NCBI GenBank assembly: GCA_039931265.1 | Contig: JBDTSG010000147.1 | Span: 17,642 to 81,641 of the forward strand | DNA from: Flavobacteriales bacterium | Lineage (GTDB): Bacteria > Bacteroidota > Bacteroidia > Flavobacteriales_F > PHOS-HE28 | DNA: 64,000 bases | Reading direction: 5' to 3' | Part shown: one piece after another, positions 25,966-36,124 of the stretch | Numbering within the stretch: position 1 is the stretch's first letter | Layout: each line of letters starts with the position of its first letter | Notes under the pieces: model-generated | What the model was told of the DNA's origin: nothing | The model's input: only the letters and a program-made list of their open reading frames with translations | Database searches by the model: none | Made by a program: the position numbers and the translations under genes

Positions 25966-28374
25966 ATGCTGAAGAATTTCCTCCTGACGAGCCTGCGCAA
26001 TCTCGCACGCAACAAGCTCTACACATTGATCAATCTGTTGGGGTTGGCCACGGGCATCGCGTGCTTCGTGCTGATAGGCCTGTACGTCGACTACCAGCGC
26101 GGCTTCGACCGCTTCGTGCCGAATGCTGAACGCGTCTACCGCGTGGTCGGCCAGATCGAAATGGAAGGCCAGGGCGAGCACAGCAGCAGCATGGTCTTCG
26201 GCCTCGGCCCTACCCTGCTGCATGATCATCCCGAACTTGTGGAGCGCCAATGCCGTTGGTTCGATTTCCAGGACCCGCAGCACTCCCTCAAGGTCGGGGA
26301 CAGCCTGAGCACCAACAAACTCTTCACCGAGGCTGGCCTCTATCTGGTGGACAGCACCGTGTTCGAAATGTTCAACTACCCGCTGCTCGTGGGCGATCCG
26401 AAGAGCGCGCTCGCCAAGCCCGGTAGTATCGTGCTGAGCCAACAGCTCGCCAAGAAGTACTTCGGCGATGCAGATCCCATGGGGCAGATGATGAAGTGGG
26501 ATGGATCCATGGACGTGCAAGTGACAGGGATCCTCGGCGACATTCCGCGCAACTCGCACATCTCGTTCGAAGGCTTGGTATCCATCGGCACGATCCTGCA
26601 GTTCTGGAAGAACATCGAAACGCGTAATTGGGTATGGAACCCCTGCTGGACTTACGTGCGGTTGAAGGACGGCATCAGTGCAGCGGAAGTGAACAGGGTC
26701 TTCCCGGACTTCATCCAGAAATACTATCCCGACTTCCTCAGGGACCAGATCGGGCATCAACTGCAACCGCTCGCGGACATCCACCTTACAAGCAAGCTGG
26801 ATTTCGAAATGCACCAGAACGGCGACGCCGGCAGCGTGAACATCCTCTGGGGCATCGGGTTCTTCATCTTGATCCTGGCCTGTGTCAACTTCATGAATCT
26901 CGCAACAGCGCGCAGCGCTTATCGTGCGCGTGAGGTGGGCGTGCGCAAGGCCGCGGGTGCGGCGCGCGGCCAGCTGATCGGGCAGTTTCTTTTGGAGAGC
27001 GTGCTCATGAGCGTGATCGCGGCGGTGATCGCTCTCGTCTTCATCAAGCTCTTGATGCCTGCGTTCAACTCGTTGGCCGGTGAAGTGATCACCCTGCCCT
27101 CCATGTTGGTCCCGGCCGTTCTGGGGATCGCCGTGGTGGTCGGCTTGCTCAGCGGTATTTATCCGGCCTTCTTCCTGTCGTCGTTCCAGCCTGCCGTGGT
27201 GCTGAAAGCCAATACCATGGGCAGCGCACGCGGGCAATCGCTGCGGAAGGCATTGGTCGTCGTGCAGTTCGCGATCGCATTGGTCTTCATGATCGGCACC
27301 GTGTTCGTGAAACGGCAGTACGACCACTTACGCAGTGTGGATCTCGGCTTCACCAAAGAGCAGGTGATCCTGATCCCCGTGCGCGCACCGATGGCCGATG
27401 TATATCTGGCCGTCTTCCCCGAACTGAAGAAGATCAGCGGCGTGAAGGCCGTGTCCTGGTCCAACGATATCATCGGAAAGAAGCACAACACGCACGAGTT
27501 CAACTGGGGCGACATGGAGCAGGGCAAGTGGACCTACCTGCCAGCGCTGTACGTGGATCCCGAGTTCCAGCAAGCCATGGACATCAAGCTACTGGCCGGC
27601 CGCTGGTTCTCCCGGGACTTCCCCGGCGACGACTCGCTCGGCGTGATCGTTAACGAAACATTCGCGCGGCAAACGCATCCGGACGATCCTTCGAAGGCTT
27701 TGGGCGATCGCATGGATACCCCGCACGGCGAAGAGCGCGTGATCGGTGTGGCGAAGGACTTCTCCTTCGACCCGCTCTTCAAAGCCGTGCAACCTTTCGT
27801 GTTCGATATGGCCAACCGCGACGAAGTGACACAATGGCTCCGCTACATATACATCCGTACGGATGCAGGCGATCCCGCACCCGTGATAACAGCGGCGCGC
27901 AAGGAGTGGAATGCGCGCACGACGGAATTCCCCTTCGAGTACCAGTTTTTGGATGAGCAACTCGACAGCCAGTACAAGGCGCAGGGAACTTTGGCGCAGC
28001 TCGTCGGGATCTTCTCGTTGCTCGCGGTCTTCATCGCCTGCCTCGGCCTGTTCGCATTGGCATCGTGGACCGCAGAGAAGCGGACGCGGGAGATCGGCAT
28101 ACGGAAAGTCATGGGCGCCGATACCCTGCGCATCACTTACCTCGTTACGCGCGACTTTCTCCTGCTCGTCTTCATCGGTGCGCTGGTTGCCGTTCCGCTG
28201 GCTTGGTTCGGGGTTGGCCGTTGGCTGGAGAACTTCGCGTTCCGCACCACGATAGAACCCTTGGTGTTCGTCGGAGCAGCGCTCGTGGTGTTGCTCATCG
28301 CCACCTTCACCGTCAGCTTCCGCGCGATACGTGCTGCCCAAACGGATCCCGTACGCGCTTTACGCCACGAATGA
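25966..28374 (+). CDS. ABC transporter permease, FtsX/MacB family
   Basis: MLKNFLLTSLRNLARNKLYTLINLLGLATGIAC... has two FtsX 4-TM domains with large periplasmic loops. No ATPase gene is adjacent. Confidence 0.85.
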   Translation: MLKNFLLTSLRNLARNKLYTLINLLGLATGIACFVLIGLYVDYQRGFDRFVPNAERVYRVVGQIEMEGQGEHSSSMVFGLGPTLLHDHPELVERQCRWFDFQDPQHSLKVGDSLSTNKLFTEAGLYLVDSTVFEMFNYPLLVGDPKSALAKPGSIVLSQQLAKKYFGDADPMGQMMKWDGSMDVQVTGILGDIPRNSHISFEGLVSIGTILQFWKNIETRNWVWNPCWTYVRLKDGISAAEVNRVFPDFIQKYYPDFLRDQIGHQLQPLADIHLTSKLDFEMHQNGDAGSVNILWGIGFFILILACVNFMNLATARSAYRAREVGVRKAAGAARGQLIGQFLLESVLMSVIAAVIALVFIKLLMPAFNSLAGEVITLPSMLVPAVLGIAVVVGLLSGIYPAFFLSSFQPAVVLKANTMGSARGQSLRKALVVVQFAIALVFMIGTVFVKRQYDHLRSVDLGFTKEQVILIPVRAPMADVYLAVFPELKKISGVKAVSWSNDIIGKKHNTHEFNWGDMEQGKWTYLPALYVDPEFQQAMDIKLLAGRWFSRDFPGDDSLGVIVNETFARQTHPDDPSKALGDRMDTPHGEERVIGVAKDFSFDPLFKAVQPFVFDMANRDEVTQWLRYIYIRTDAGDPAPVITAARKEWNARTTEFPFEYQFLDEQLDSQYKAQGTLAQLVGIFSLLAVFIACLGLFALASWTAEKRTREIGIRKVMGADTLRITYLVTRDFLLLVFIGALVAVPLAWFGVGRWLENFAFRTTIEPLVFVGAALVVLLIATFTVSFRAIRAAQTDPVRALRHE

Positions 28375-28384
28375 CCGAACGCAC

Positions 28385-28891
28385 ATGGACAGGAGACACT
28401 TCATTGCCGCTGCCAGCCTCGGACTTCCGTTGATCGGAACCGTATTGCATGCGCAGGATGTCGCGAAACCTCCGAAGCCGCCAAAGCTTCCCGATGATCT
28501 GGTGAAGGAGTTCGTACGCGTGGGCCACAACGATCTTCCCGCTGTGCAACGCATGTTAAAGGAACAACCGGGATTGCTGAACGCTTGTTGGGACCTAGGC
28601 GGTGGTGATTTCGAAACAGCCTTGGAAGGTGCAGGCCACGTGGGCGACCGGGACATTGCGGAATACCTGATCGGACAGGGAGCGCGCGCGAACATCTTCG
28701 TGCTGACCATGTTGGGCCATACCCTGGAAGTGAAAGCCCTACTCGCGGCTTTCCCTTCGCTGCTTCGATCGAAGGGGCCGCATGGGCTTACGCTGTTGCA
28801 TCACGCGCAACGCGGTGGACCCCAAGCAGCCGAATTGTTGCAGCACATTTCGGGGCTCGGCCTTACGGAAACCAAGATGGCCCTTCCGTAG
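28385..28891 (+). CDS. Ankyrin-repeat protein with a twin-arginine (Tat) signal
   Basis: MDRRHFIAAASLGLPLIGT is a Tat-type leader; HVGDRDIAEYLIGQGARANI...LTLLHHAQRGG are ankyrin repeats. Confidence 0.65.
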   Translation: MDRRHFIAAASLGLPLIGTVLHAQDVAKPPKPPKLPDDLVKEFVRVGHNDLPAVQRMLKEQPGLLNACWDLGGGDFETALEGAGHVGDRDIAEYLIGQGARANIFVLTMLGHTLEVKALLAAFPSLLRSKGPHGLTLLHHAQRGGPQAAELLQHISGLGLTETKMALP

Positions 28892-28894
28892 ACC

Positions 28895-30595
28895 TCAGTA
28901 GCCACCGGCTCGATCATCGCCGCGCGGATCCGCGCCACCTTCCAACCGACCGTCGGGCAGTACAAGTATCGCATCCACACGTCCGAACGGTTCCCGCGCT
29001 TTGAACACATGCCCCATGCGCGTCAGCAGCACACTGTCCGATGCGGCGATCGCCCCGGATTCCACTTGGATGGAGTCCGGCAACCACTGATGATGGAAGC
29101 GCGGCGTAGCGACCGCTTCTTGCATCGTCATACCGTGATCCAACACATCCAGAACAACTTGGAATACGGAAGTGATGATCGTTGAGCCGCCGGGCGTGCC
29201 GACGACCATGAGCAGTTTGTCATCGCGCGTGATGATCGTCGGGGTCATGGAGGACAGCATGCGTTTGCCGGGTGCAATGGCGTTCGCCTCTCCCCCGATC
29301 AGGCCGTATTGGTTCTGCACGCCCGGGGCCGCGCTGAAGTCGTCCATCTCGTTGTTCAGGATAAAACCCGCACCACCCACCACCGTCTTGCAGCCGTAGC
29401 TGTCGTTGAGCGTAGTGGTGCAGGAAACGGCATTCCCCAGTGCATCCACAATAGAGAAGTGGGTAGTGTGCTCCGACTCTCTGGGAGCGCCCGCGTGGAT
29501 CATCGAACTAGGTGTGGCACGCTCAGGGTCAACATCGGTCATGCGGTCAAGCACGTAAAGGCTATCGACAAGCCCGGCAACAGGCACGGCTACTGATCCG
29601 GGATCGCCCAAGTGCGTTGCACGATCCGCATAAACACGGCGTTCGGCTTCAACCATCCGGTGAACGGTGGGGGCCTTCCGCGGCCCGGCTTGTCCCACGT
29701 CCATCGGCTCCATGGCTTCAAGCAATTGCAGGAGCGCGATGCCACCGCTCGACGGCGGCCCCATGCTGTGGATCGAGCAGCCGCGATAACTACCACGCAC
29801 TTCCGGTCGCCAGACGGCACGATAATCGGCCAGGTCTCGAGCAGTGACCAGCCCACCGCCACGTTCCATCTCGGCAATGATCAGTGCAGCGGTCTCGCCT
29901 GCATAAAACCCGTCTTGCCCATGATCACGGATCCGGGTCAGTGTCAATGCCAACTCCGGAAGTCGCAGCGTGTCGCCGGATCTCCATGGCTCTCGGCCGA
30001 CATACGCGTTGGGGCGCGTGTTCACCCGGCGCATGTCATCGGCGGCCTCGTTCAATCCTTCCGCTTCCAAGGCTGTAAGTGGGAAGCCGTTGCGTGCAAG
30101 ATCGATGGCCGGCTGGATCAACCGTTGCATGGGCATGGAACCCAAGCTGTCCAGTGCCGCGAACATTCCCGCTACAGCGCCGGGCACACCGGCTGCGCGA
30201 TGGCCCAGTAAACTCAGGTTGGTGATCACCTGTCCGTTCGCATCCAGGTACATGTCACGCGTTGCGGCAGCCGGTGCGGTTTCCCGAAAGTCAAGGGTGT
30301 GCACCGTACCATCCGCCATGCGGATAACCATGAATCCACCGCCACCGATGTTCCCTGCTTCGGGATGAACAACAGCTAATGCATGATGCACCGCAACAGC
30401 CGCATCGATCGCGTTGCCACCATCCCGCAGCACCTGCACCCCAACGGCAGTTGCCAAGGGATGTGCGCAAACCACCATGCCATGTTGGGTGTTCGGTCCA
30501 TGATCACTTACCCGTGGTACCTCCGCACCGGAGCCGGGATCGCAACCGAGCAGTAGTAGCAGCAAGAACGGGATGGTTGGGATGGGGAAGTCCAT
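28895..30595 (-). CDS. ggt: Gamma-glutamyltransferase
   Basis: TTHFSIVDALGNAVSCTTTLNDSYG contains the catalytic Thr region; GxxGGxxI is present. The lipoprotein-type signal MDFPIPTIPFLLLLLLGC is used as the start. Confidence 0.9.
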   Translation of the reverse strand: MDFPIPTIPFLLLLLLGCDPGSGAEVPRVSDHGPNTQHGMVVCAHPLATAVGVQVLRDGGNAIDAAVAVHHALAVVHPEAGNIGGGGFMVIRMADGTVHTLDFRETAPAAATRDMYLDANGQVITNLSLLGHRAAGVPGAVAGMFAALDSLGSMPMQRLIQPAIDLARNGFPLTALEAEGLNEAADDMRRVNTRPNAYVGREPWRSGDTLRLPELALTLTRIRDHGQDGFYAGETAALIIAEMERGGGLVTARDLADYRAVWRPEVRGSYRGCSIHSMGPPSSGGIALLQLLEAMEPMDVGQAGPRKAPTVHRMVEAERRVYADRATHLGDPGSVAVPVAGLVDSLYVLDRMTDVDPERATPSSMIHAGAPRESEHTTHFSIVDALGNAVSCTTTLNDSYGCKTVVGGAGFILNNEMDDFSAAPGVQNQYGLIGGEANAIAPGKRMLSSMTPTIITRDDKLLMVVGTPGGSTIITSVFQVVLDVLDHGMTMQEAVATPRFHHQWLPDSIQVESGAIAASDSVLLTRMGHVFKAREPFGRVDAILVLPDGRLEGGADPRGDDRAGGY

Positions 30596-30717
30596 GAACA
30601 AGGTTCGATAGTTGCACGGAACGCAGCGCCGCAGCGAAGTTCCGGTGGATCACGGACGCGCCGACGAACATGCTACCGGACCGACGCCCGGGGTGCCATT
30701 ACCTTGTCGGCTCCTCG

Positions 30718-32703
30718 ATGGCCCGATCCCTTCGCCTTGTCCTCTTGCTGGCCGCCGCGCTCCGCTTGGCGCATGTTGCAGGCCAGGATGCGTCGCTTGT
30801 CCCCGATCTGATCGTGCAATTGTCGGGCGCCACCAATGACACTTTGCGCGCGGATGCATTGGCGCGCATCTGCTTCAATTTGATCCGCTCCAACCCAGAC
30901 AGCGCGCGACTTGTCGGTGACCAAGCAATGGCATTGGCTAAAAGGGTCAACAACAGGCGAGCGCTCGCCGACGCGCACAACAACCTCGGTTGGCTGGCAA
31001 CGGAGCAGGGACAATTCCCACGGGCGGACTCCTTGCTGAACACAGCTCTTGGGCTCTTCAAGAAGATCGGCAAGCCGGAATACACCTCGGTAGCACTTTC
31101 CAACCTCGGCTGGCTTGCGGAGAAGAAGGGCGACAGCGTGGGTTCCTTGAAACGCTTCCAAGAGGCATTGCGCGAAAGCGAAGCCGCGCACGATAGCGCA
31201 ACCACAGCGATCCTCCTCTACTCCTTGGGGGTGGGTTATCGCAAGATCAAGGAATACCCCAAAGCCCTGGATTACCTGCAGGGTGCGCTCGATATCGAGC
31301 GCACCATCGGCCGGAAGAGCAAAGAAGGCAACTGCCTTGTGGCGCTGGCCAATACCTACCGGGAACAAGGCGACACCTCGCAAGCCCTGATCAACTACAC
31401 GGAGGCCACGCGCATCTATCTCTTGAGGCAAGATCACGGCGGTGCGGGTCTGGTGCAGGAGAACATCGGCGACCTGTATGCCGATACCGACCCGCAGCGT
31501 GCGTTGGACCGCTACGCGATCGCATTCGCCCATTATGACTCCATCAATAGTGCTTCGGACAAGGCTTATGTGCTGAAGAGCATTGGTGCCGTGCAGACCA
31601 CGCTGCTGCACTTCGACGAAGCGGGTGAAAGTCTTACAACAGGACGGGCGTTGGCCATTGCAGTTGGGTCCAACGAACTGGTGATGGACTATGAACAAGC
31701 ATTGGCGCAGTTGGCGAGCGCCCAAGGCGATGCGATCGGCACCTTGCACCATTACGAACGCTACTTGGCGCTGAAGGACAGTCTGCAAGGAGCCGACACA
31801 CAGCGTGAACTCGCCCGTTTGCGAACGGAATTCGAAACGGAGCGCGCCGAAAAGGACAACGCGTTGCTACGGGCGGCGAACAACGAAAAAGCCGAACGTC
31901 TTCGGCGCAGGGACATACAACTGTACGGGAGCATTGCGCTCGGTGCGCTCGCAATGGTCGCTGCCGCCCTCTTCTGGCGCAACTACCGGCAAAAGCACAA
32001 GCACGCCGACGTGCTTGAAGGCTTGAACGAACAATTGGAGAACAGCAATGCGGAGATCACCGAGATCAATGGGCTGCTGGAAATGAAGGTGCTGCGCGGA
32101 CAGATGAACCCGCACTTCATTTACAACTGCTTGAACAGTGCGGCGCGGATGACCCAAGCAGGACACAGCACCGAGGCGTTGTTCTACCTCCAAGGCTTTG
32201 CACGGCTCCTGCGCATGGTGCTCGATCATAGCGTGAAGGACCGCATCACCATCACCGAAGAACTCGACTTCCTGCGGCAATACCTGAAGCTGGAAGCGTA
32301 CCGCCTGGATGGATTGAAGTATGAAGTGGATGCCGATCGCGCATTGCTCGACGATGACGTGGAACTGCCCGCGCTGATCGTGCAACCCTTCGTCGAGAAT
32401 GCCCTATGGCACGGGCTCGGCGGGAAACAAGGTGATAGGTCGGTATCGGTGCGTTTTGCGCAACAGAGCGGATCGTTGATCTGCACCATTACCGACAATG
32501 GCACCGGGCGCACCAAGTCCACCGCCGCACCCAAGGCGGATCCCCAGCACAAGTCGCTCGGTATGCAGCTAACGAACGAACGGTTACGACTGCTCGCGCG
32601 CCGGATCGGGCAGAACGGATCCTTCGTTGTCGAAGATCTGCAGGACGCCAGCGGTGCCGCCGTCGGGACCCGCGTAACGCTGCAACTGCCCATGGAACCT
32701 TGA
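30718..32703 (+). CDS. Sensor histidine kinase, TPR repeats + LytS/YehU-type His_kinase + HATPase
   Basis: N-terminal TPR repeats, a TM segment, then MNPHFIYNCLNSAARM (His_kinase family signature) and a GHKL ATPase domain. Confidence 0.8.
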   Translation: MARSLRLVLLLAAALRLAHVAGQDASLVPDLIVQLSGATNDTLRADALARICFNLIRSNPDSARLVGDQAMALAKRVNNRRALADAHNNLGWLATEQGQFPRADSLLNTALGLFKKIGKPEYTSVALSNLGWLAEKKGDSVGSLKRFQEALRESEAAHDSATTAILLYSLGVGYRKIKEYPKALDYLQGALDIERTIGRKSKEGNCLVALANTYREQGDTSQALINYTEATRIYLLRQDHGGAGLVQENIGDLYADTDPQRALDRYAIAFAHYDSINSASDKAYVLKSIGAVQTTLLHFDEAGESLTTGRALAIAVGSNELVMDYEQALAQLASAQGDAIGTLHHYERYLALKDSLQGADTQRELARLRTEFETERAEKDNALLRAANNEKAERLRRRDIQLYGSIALGALAMVAAALFWRNYRQKHKHADVLEGLNEQLENSNAEITEINGLLEMKVLRGQMNPHFIYNCLNSAARMTQAGHSTEALFYLQGFARLLRMVLDHSVKDRITITEELDFLRQYLKLEAYRLDGLKYEVDADRALLDDDVELPALIVQPFVENALWHGLGGKQGDRSVSVRFAQQSGSLICTITDNGTGRTKSTAAPKADPQHKSLGMQLTNERLRLLARRIGQNGSFVVEDLQDASGAAVGTRVTLQLPMEP

Positions 32704-32742
32704 GGCCCGGCTAACTTGCCGCCTAACGAGGGAAGGGAAAAC

Positions 32743-33483
32743 ATGATCAAGGCGCTTGTGGTGGATGATGATGCAGGCAATCGGCAGTACTTGCGCGCGT
32801 TGCTGGGCAGCATCGCACCCCAGGCGGAGGTGGTCGGCGAGGCCAGCAACATCTCGGACGCGCGCACGGCGATCCTTGCCCATGGCCCCGACTTGGTTTT
32901 CCTTGATGTGGAAATGCCGGGCGGCAGCGGCTTCGATCTCCTGAAGCAATTCGGAACATGGCCTTTCGAGGTGATCTTCACTACGGCTTACTCGCGTTAT
33001 GCGATCCAGGCCATCCGCTTCAGCGCATTGGACTACTTGCTCAAACCCGTGCAGCCTGACGAATTGAAAAGCGCGCTGGACAGGTTCCGTGCGCAACATC
33101 CCGACGCCGCCTCGCGCAGCGAAGTGCAACAACAGTTCATCAGCAACATCGCTCATGGCGATGAGCAAGCGTTGAAATTGACGCTCTCCACTGGCGACCG
33201 CAGCTACTTCGTGCCACCCATGGATGTGATGCACTGCAGCGCAGACGACAACTATACCGAGTTGCACTTAACGGACGGCCGACGCTTCGTGAGCGCCCGC
33301 ACACTGAAGGAATACGAAGAGATGCTGGAGCCGTGGGGCTTCCTCAGGGTACACCGCTCCTCGTTGGTGAACCGTTCTGCCGTGTCGCATTTGGACGATA
33401 CCCACCTGGTGCTGAAGAGCGGGACCCGCGTGGAAGTGAGCCGCCGCAAGCGCGAGGAAGTGATACGGGCGTTGGCCTCTTGA
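32743..33483 (+). CDS. LytTR-family response regulator
   Basis: MIKALVVDDDAGNRQYL...DLVFLDVEMPGGSGFDL is a REC domain; the C-terminal LytTR DNA-binding domain has ...LRVHRSSLVN. Confidence 0.85.
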   Translation: MIKALVVDDDAGNRQYLRALLGSIAPQAEVVGEASNISDARTAILAHGPDLVFLDVEMPGGSGFDLLKQFGTWPFEVIFTTAYSRYAIQAIRFSALDYLLKPVQPDELKSALDRFRAQHPDAASRSEVQQQFISNIAHGDEQALKLTLSTGDRSYFVPPMDVMHCSADDNYTELHLTDGRRFVSARTLKEYEEMLEPWGFLRVHRSSLVNRSAVSHLDDTHLVLKSGTRVEVSRRKREEVIRALAS

Positions 33484-33571
33484 GCCGCTCCCTCAGCGGA
33501 ACAACCGCTTGCTCATGCGCCCTTCCGGACGCGTGCTCAACCGCACACTTTTCGGTCACGAACCGAAAACC

Positions 33572-36034
33572 ATGCGCACCAGAGCCCACCTTTCCGACCT
33601 CGCGATCCCTGCTGCTATCCTGTCGCTTCTGGCATTGGGCTTGACAGCGTCCGCGACTTCCGTGCGTGTTGGTTTCATGGAGAACAAGGGGCAGATACAC
33701 GATCAGTTCCGCAAGCCGAACGCGGCTGTGTCGTTCCTCTTGAGCGCTCCCGGCATGAACGTTCAGTTGCGCAGGGATGGGTTCTCGTACGATACGTATG
33801 TAGTGATGGACAGTGAAATGGTGACAGAGTTGGACAGTGAGAAAGCGTTGGATAGTGCAATGGATATGAAGGGAAGGGGGGCGATGGATGTGAACGTGGT
33901 CGCGACCACCTTCGCCTTCCACCGCATCGACATCCGGTTCGTGGATGGGGATCCGAACGCGGAGATCATAAGGGGCGGTCGCAGCGAGGACTACACGAAC
34001 TACTACACCGATGTGACCGGTGAGGCGGGCGCGACGTTGGTCCGTTCCTACTCTACCATAACGTACAGCAACGTATGGCCGAACATCGATGTGCGCTTCA
34101 ACAGCGGCGAGAAAGGCTTCAAGTACGATGTGGTCGTGCGGCCCGGTGGCGATGTGAACGACGCTCGGTTCGCCGTGGAAGGCGCACTGGTGAGCAAGGG
34201 TTTGGACGGGCGGCTTGTGTTCAGTTGGGGCAGCGGAACAATGGAAGAAGTGATCCCGGAGAGCTGGCTGGAACTGGATGGGAAGCGCGAACAAGCAGCG
34301 GTCAGCTACCGCATCAACGGTGCAGCGCAGTTCGGCTTCAATTCTCTTCCCCAAGGCAAGAGCACCTTGGTGATCGACCCCTATCCCGATCTGTATTGGG
34401 CTACTTACTATGGTGGCAACTTGGCGGATACGTTCAGTGGAGTTGCCATGGACGGCGGTGGTTCAGCGTATGCAAGTGGGAGTACGAAGTCCGCGGCCAG
34501 TATCGCCACTGCCGGATCCTTCGATGCGGTGTTCACCGGTAGCGAGAACGCCATGCTGGTGAAGATGAGCCCGAACGGCGCGCGCGCCTGGGCCACCTAC
34601 TTCGGCGGGACCGGTTACACCGCAGCGAACGCATGCGCGTACTCTGGAGGTGCGCTCTGGATCGGTGGGCGCACCGATTCCCCAACCGGGATAGCTACCG
34701 CAGGTGCCTTCCAAGCCACTCGGGATCCATTCTCGGCGGACGCCTTCCTGGCCAAATTCAACACGGCCGGTGTGCGACTTTACGCCACCTACTTCGGCGG
34801 CCGGGCCGCAGACGCCATCACCGATATCGCTATCGATGCAGGCGGCTGGCTCGCGGTGGTCGGCTATACCGATTCGGACAATGTGATCGCGACCATCGGT
34901 AGTGCGGACGCCTCCTACGGGGGGAACACGGACGGTTTCGTTTCGCGGTTCACACCGGCCGGCTCGCGTGTGTGGGGGTGCTACATCGGTGGCCCTTCCA
35001 CTGACCGTGTTTCGGGTGTCACCATCGTGGGCACCACTGCGCTCGCCGTTTGCGGATCCACCAGCAGTTCCACCGGGCTTGCTTCAGTGGGTGCGTGGGA
35101 TGCCTCTTTATCAGGTACCAACGATGCCTTCCTTGCCTCGTACTCATTGGGCGGTCCGCTATCCTGGAGCACCTACTTCGGTGGATCCGGTGCCGAGACC
35201 GGCTATGACTGTGCGTGGAACGGCAGCGCGGCCATCGCCATTTGTGGGCATACCAACTCATCGACAGCCATCGCCACGGCAGGCGCACAACAAACAGCCT
35301 TCGGTGGAGGAGTGGACGCTTTCCTTGCCTCGTTCAGCACTTCAGCAGGCAGCCGCATCTGGGCCACTTACGCAGGAGGTTCCTGCTGGGACGACCTTAC
35401 GGCCATCTCTTACAACGGCTTTGGTCAATGGGTAGTGGGCGGGGCCACGTGCTCGGACCTGGGCATGGCCACTCCGGGTGCGTACGATACCGTGCATGAC
35501 TGGTACGATCTGTTCCTCACTGGTTACGATGTCACCGGTGCGCGGCTCTGGGCCACGTACATGGGTTGCAGCGTGCCCGAATACACCAACGATATAGTGG
35601 CCGGCGGCAACGTGGCCTACGTGGTGGGGGAAACCATCGCCCCTGGCACGTTCGCCACGGCAGGTGCGCACCAAAGCGCTTACGGTGGTGGATTGAGCGA
35701 TGGTCTCATAGCGCGGTTGAATCTCACCCCCCCGGCCGCTCAAATGAGCCCCGATGAAGGTCGCGATCATTCCGCCGGTGGACTCGATGCACGGATCGAC
35801 AACGACAGGATAGTGCTACGCATGATGGATGCTGATGGCAACGCGACCACTGGTCAGGCGCGCGCCATGCTCACTATCTACGATGGAAGCGGCCGCACGG
35901 TGCTGATGCGACCCTGGCCCGAGAACACGCTGGACATGCAGCTACCGATCAATGGTATCAGCGCCGGGCCTTTGATGGCGGTGATCGCCCATGAGGATGG
36001 ATTGTACCACACCGCTCGCATCGTGATCCCTTGA
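33572..36034 (+). CDS. T9SS-sorted secreted protein with SBBP beta-propeller repeats
   Basis: Signal MRTRAHLSDLAIPAAILSLLALGLTASA; repeated ...WATYFGG... SBBP-type units; a C-terminal sorting-like domain ends ...LYHTARIVIP. Confidence 0.7.
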   Translation: MRTRAHLSDLAIPAAILSLLALGLTASATSVRVGFMENKGQIHDQFRKPNAAVSFLLSAPGMNVQLRRDGFSYDTYVVMDSEMVTELDSEKALDSAMDMKGRGAMDVNVVATTFAFHRIDIRFVDGDPNAEIIRGGRSEDYTNYYTDVTGEAGATLVRSYSTITYSNVWPNIDVRFNSGEKGFKYDVVVRPGGDVNDARFAVEGALVSKGLDGRLVFSWGSGTMEEVIPESWLELDGKREQAAVSYRINGAAQFGFNSLPQGKSTLVIDPYPDLYWATYYGGNLADTFSGVAMDGGGSAYASGSTKSAASIATAGSFDAVFTGSENAMLVKMSPNGARAWATYFGGTGYTAANACAYSGGALWIGGRTDSPTGIATAGAFQATRDPFSADAFLAKFNTAGVRLYATYFGGRAADAITDIAIDAGGWLAVVGYTDSDNVIATIGSADASYGGNTDGFVSRFTPAGSRVWGCYIGGPSTDRVSGVTIVGTTALAVCGSTSSSTGLASVGAWDASLSGTNDAFLASYSLGGPLSWSTYFGGSGAETGYDCAWNGSAAIAICGHTNSSTAIATAGAQQTAFGGGVDAFLASFSTSAGSRIWATYAGGSCWDDLTAISYNGFGQWVVGGATCSDLGMATPGAYDTVHDWYDLFLTGYDVTGARLWATYMGCSVPEYTNDIVAGGNVAYVVGETIAPGTFATAGAHQSAYGGGLSDGLIARLNLTPPAAQMSPDEGRDHSAGGLDARIDNDRIVLRMMDADGNATTGQARAMLTIYDGSGRTVLMRPWPENTLDMQLPINGISAGPLMAVIAHEDGLYHTARIVIP

Positions 36035-36124
36035 ACCGCTCCCTCAGCGCCGCGACCGCTCGCTCGGAGTTCCTTCCGCACGAGCGGTGGCGGCGTTTGC
36101 TTCGACACGATAACGATGCAACCA

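Noticed and set aside
25837-27327. 496-aa minus-strand ORF
   Set aside because: It is antisense to the well-supported FtsX/MacB permease gene, with no recognisable motifs.
30673-31788. 371-aa minus-strand ORF
   Set aside because: It is antisense to the TPR region of the histidine kinase.
33344-34354. 336-aa minus-strand ORF
   Set aside because: It is antisense to the LytTR regulator and the first T9SS cargo gene.
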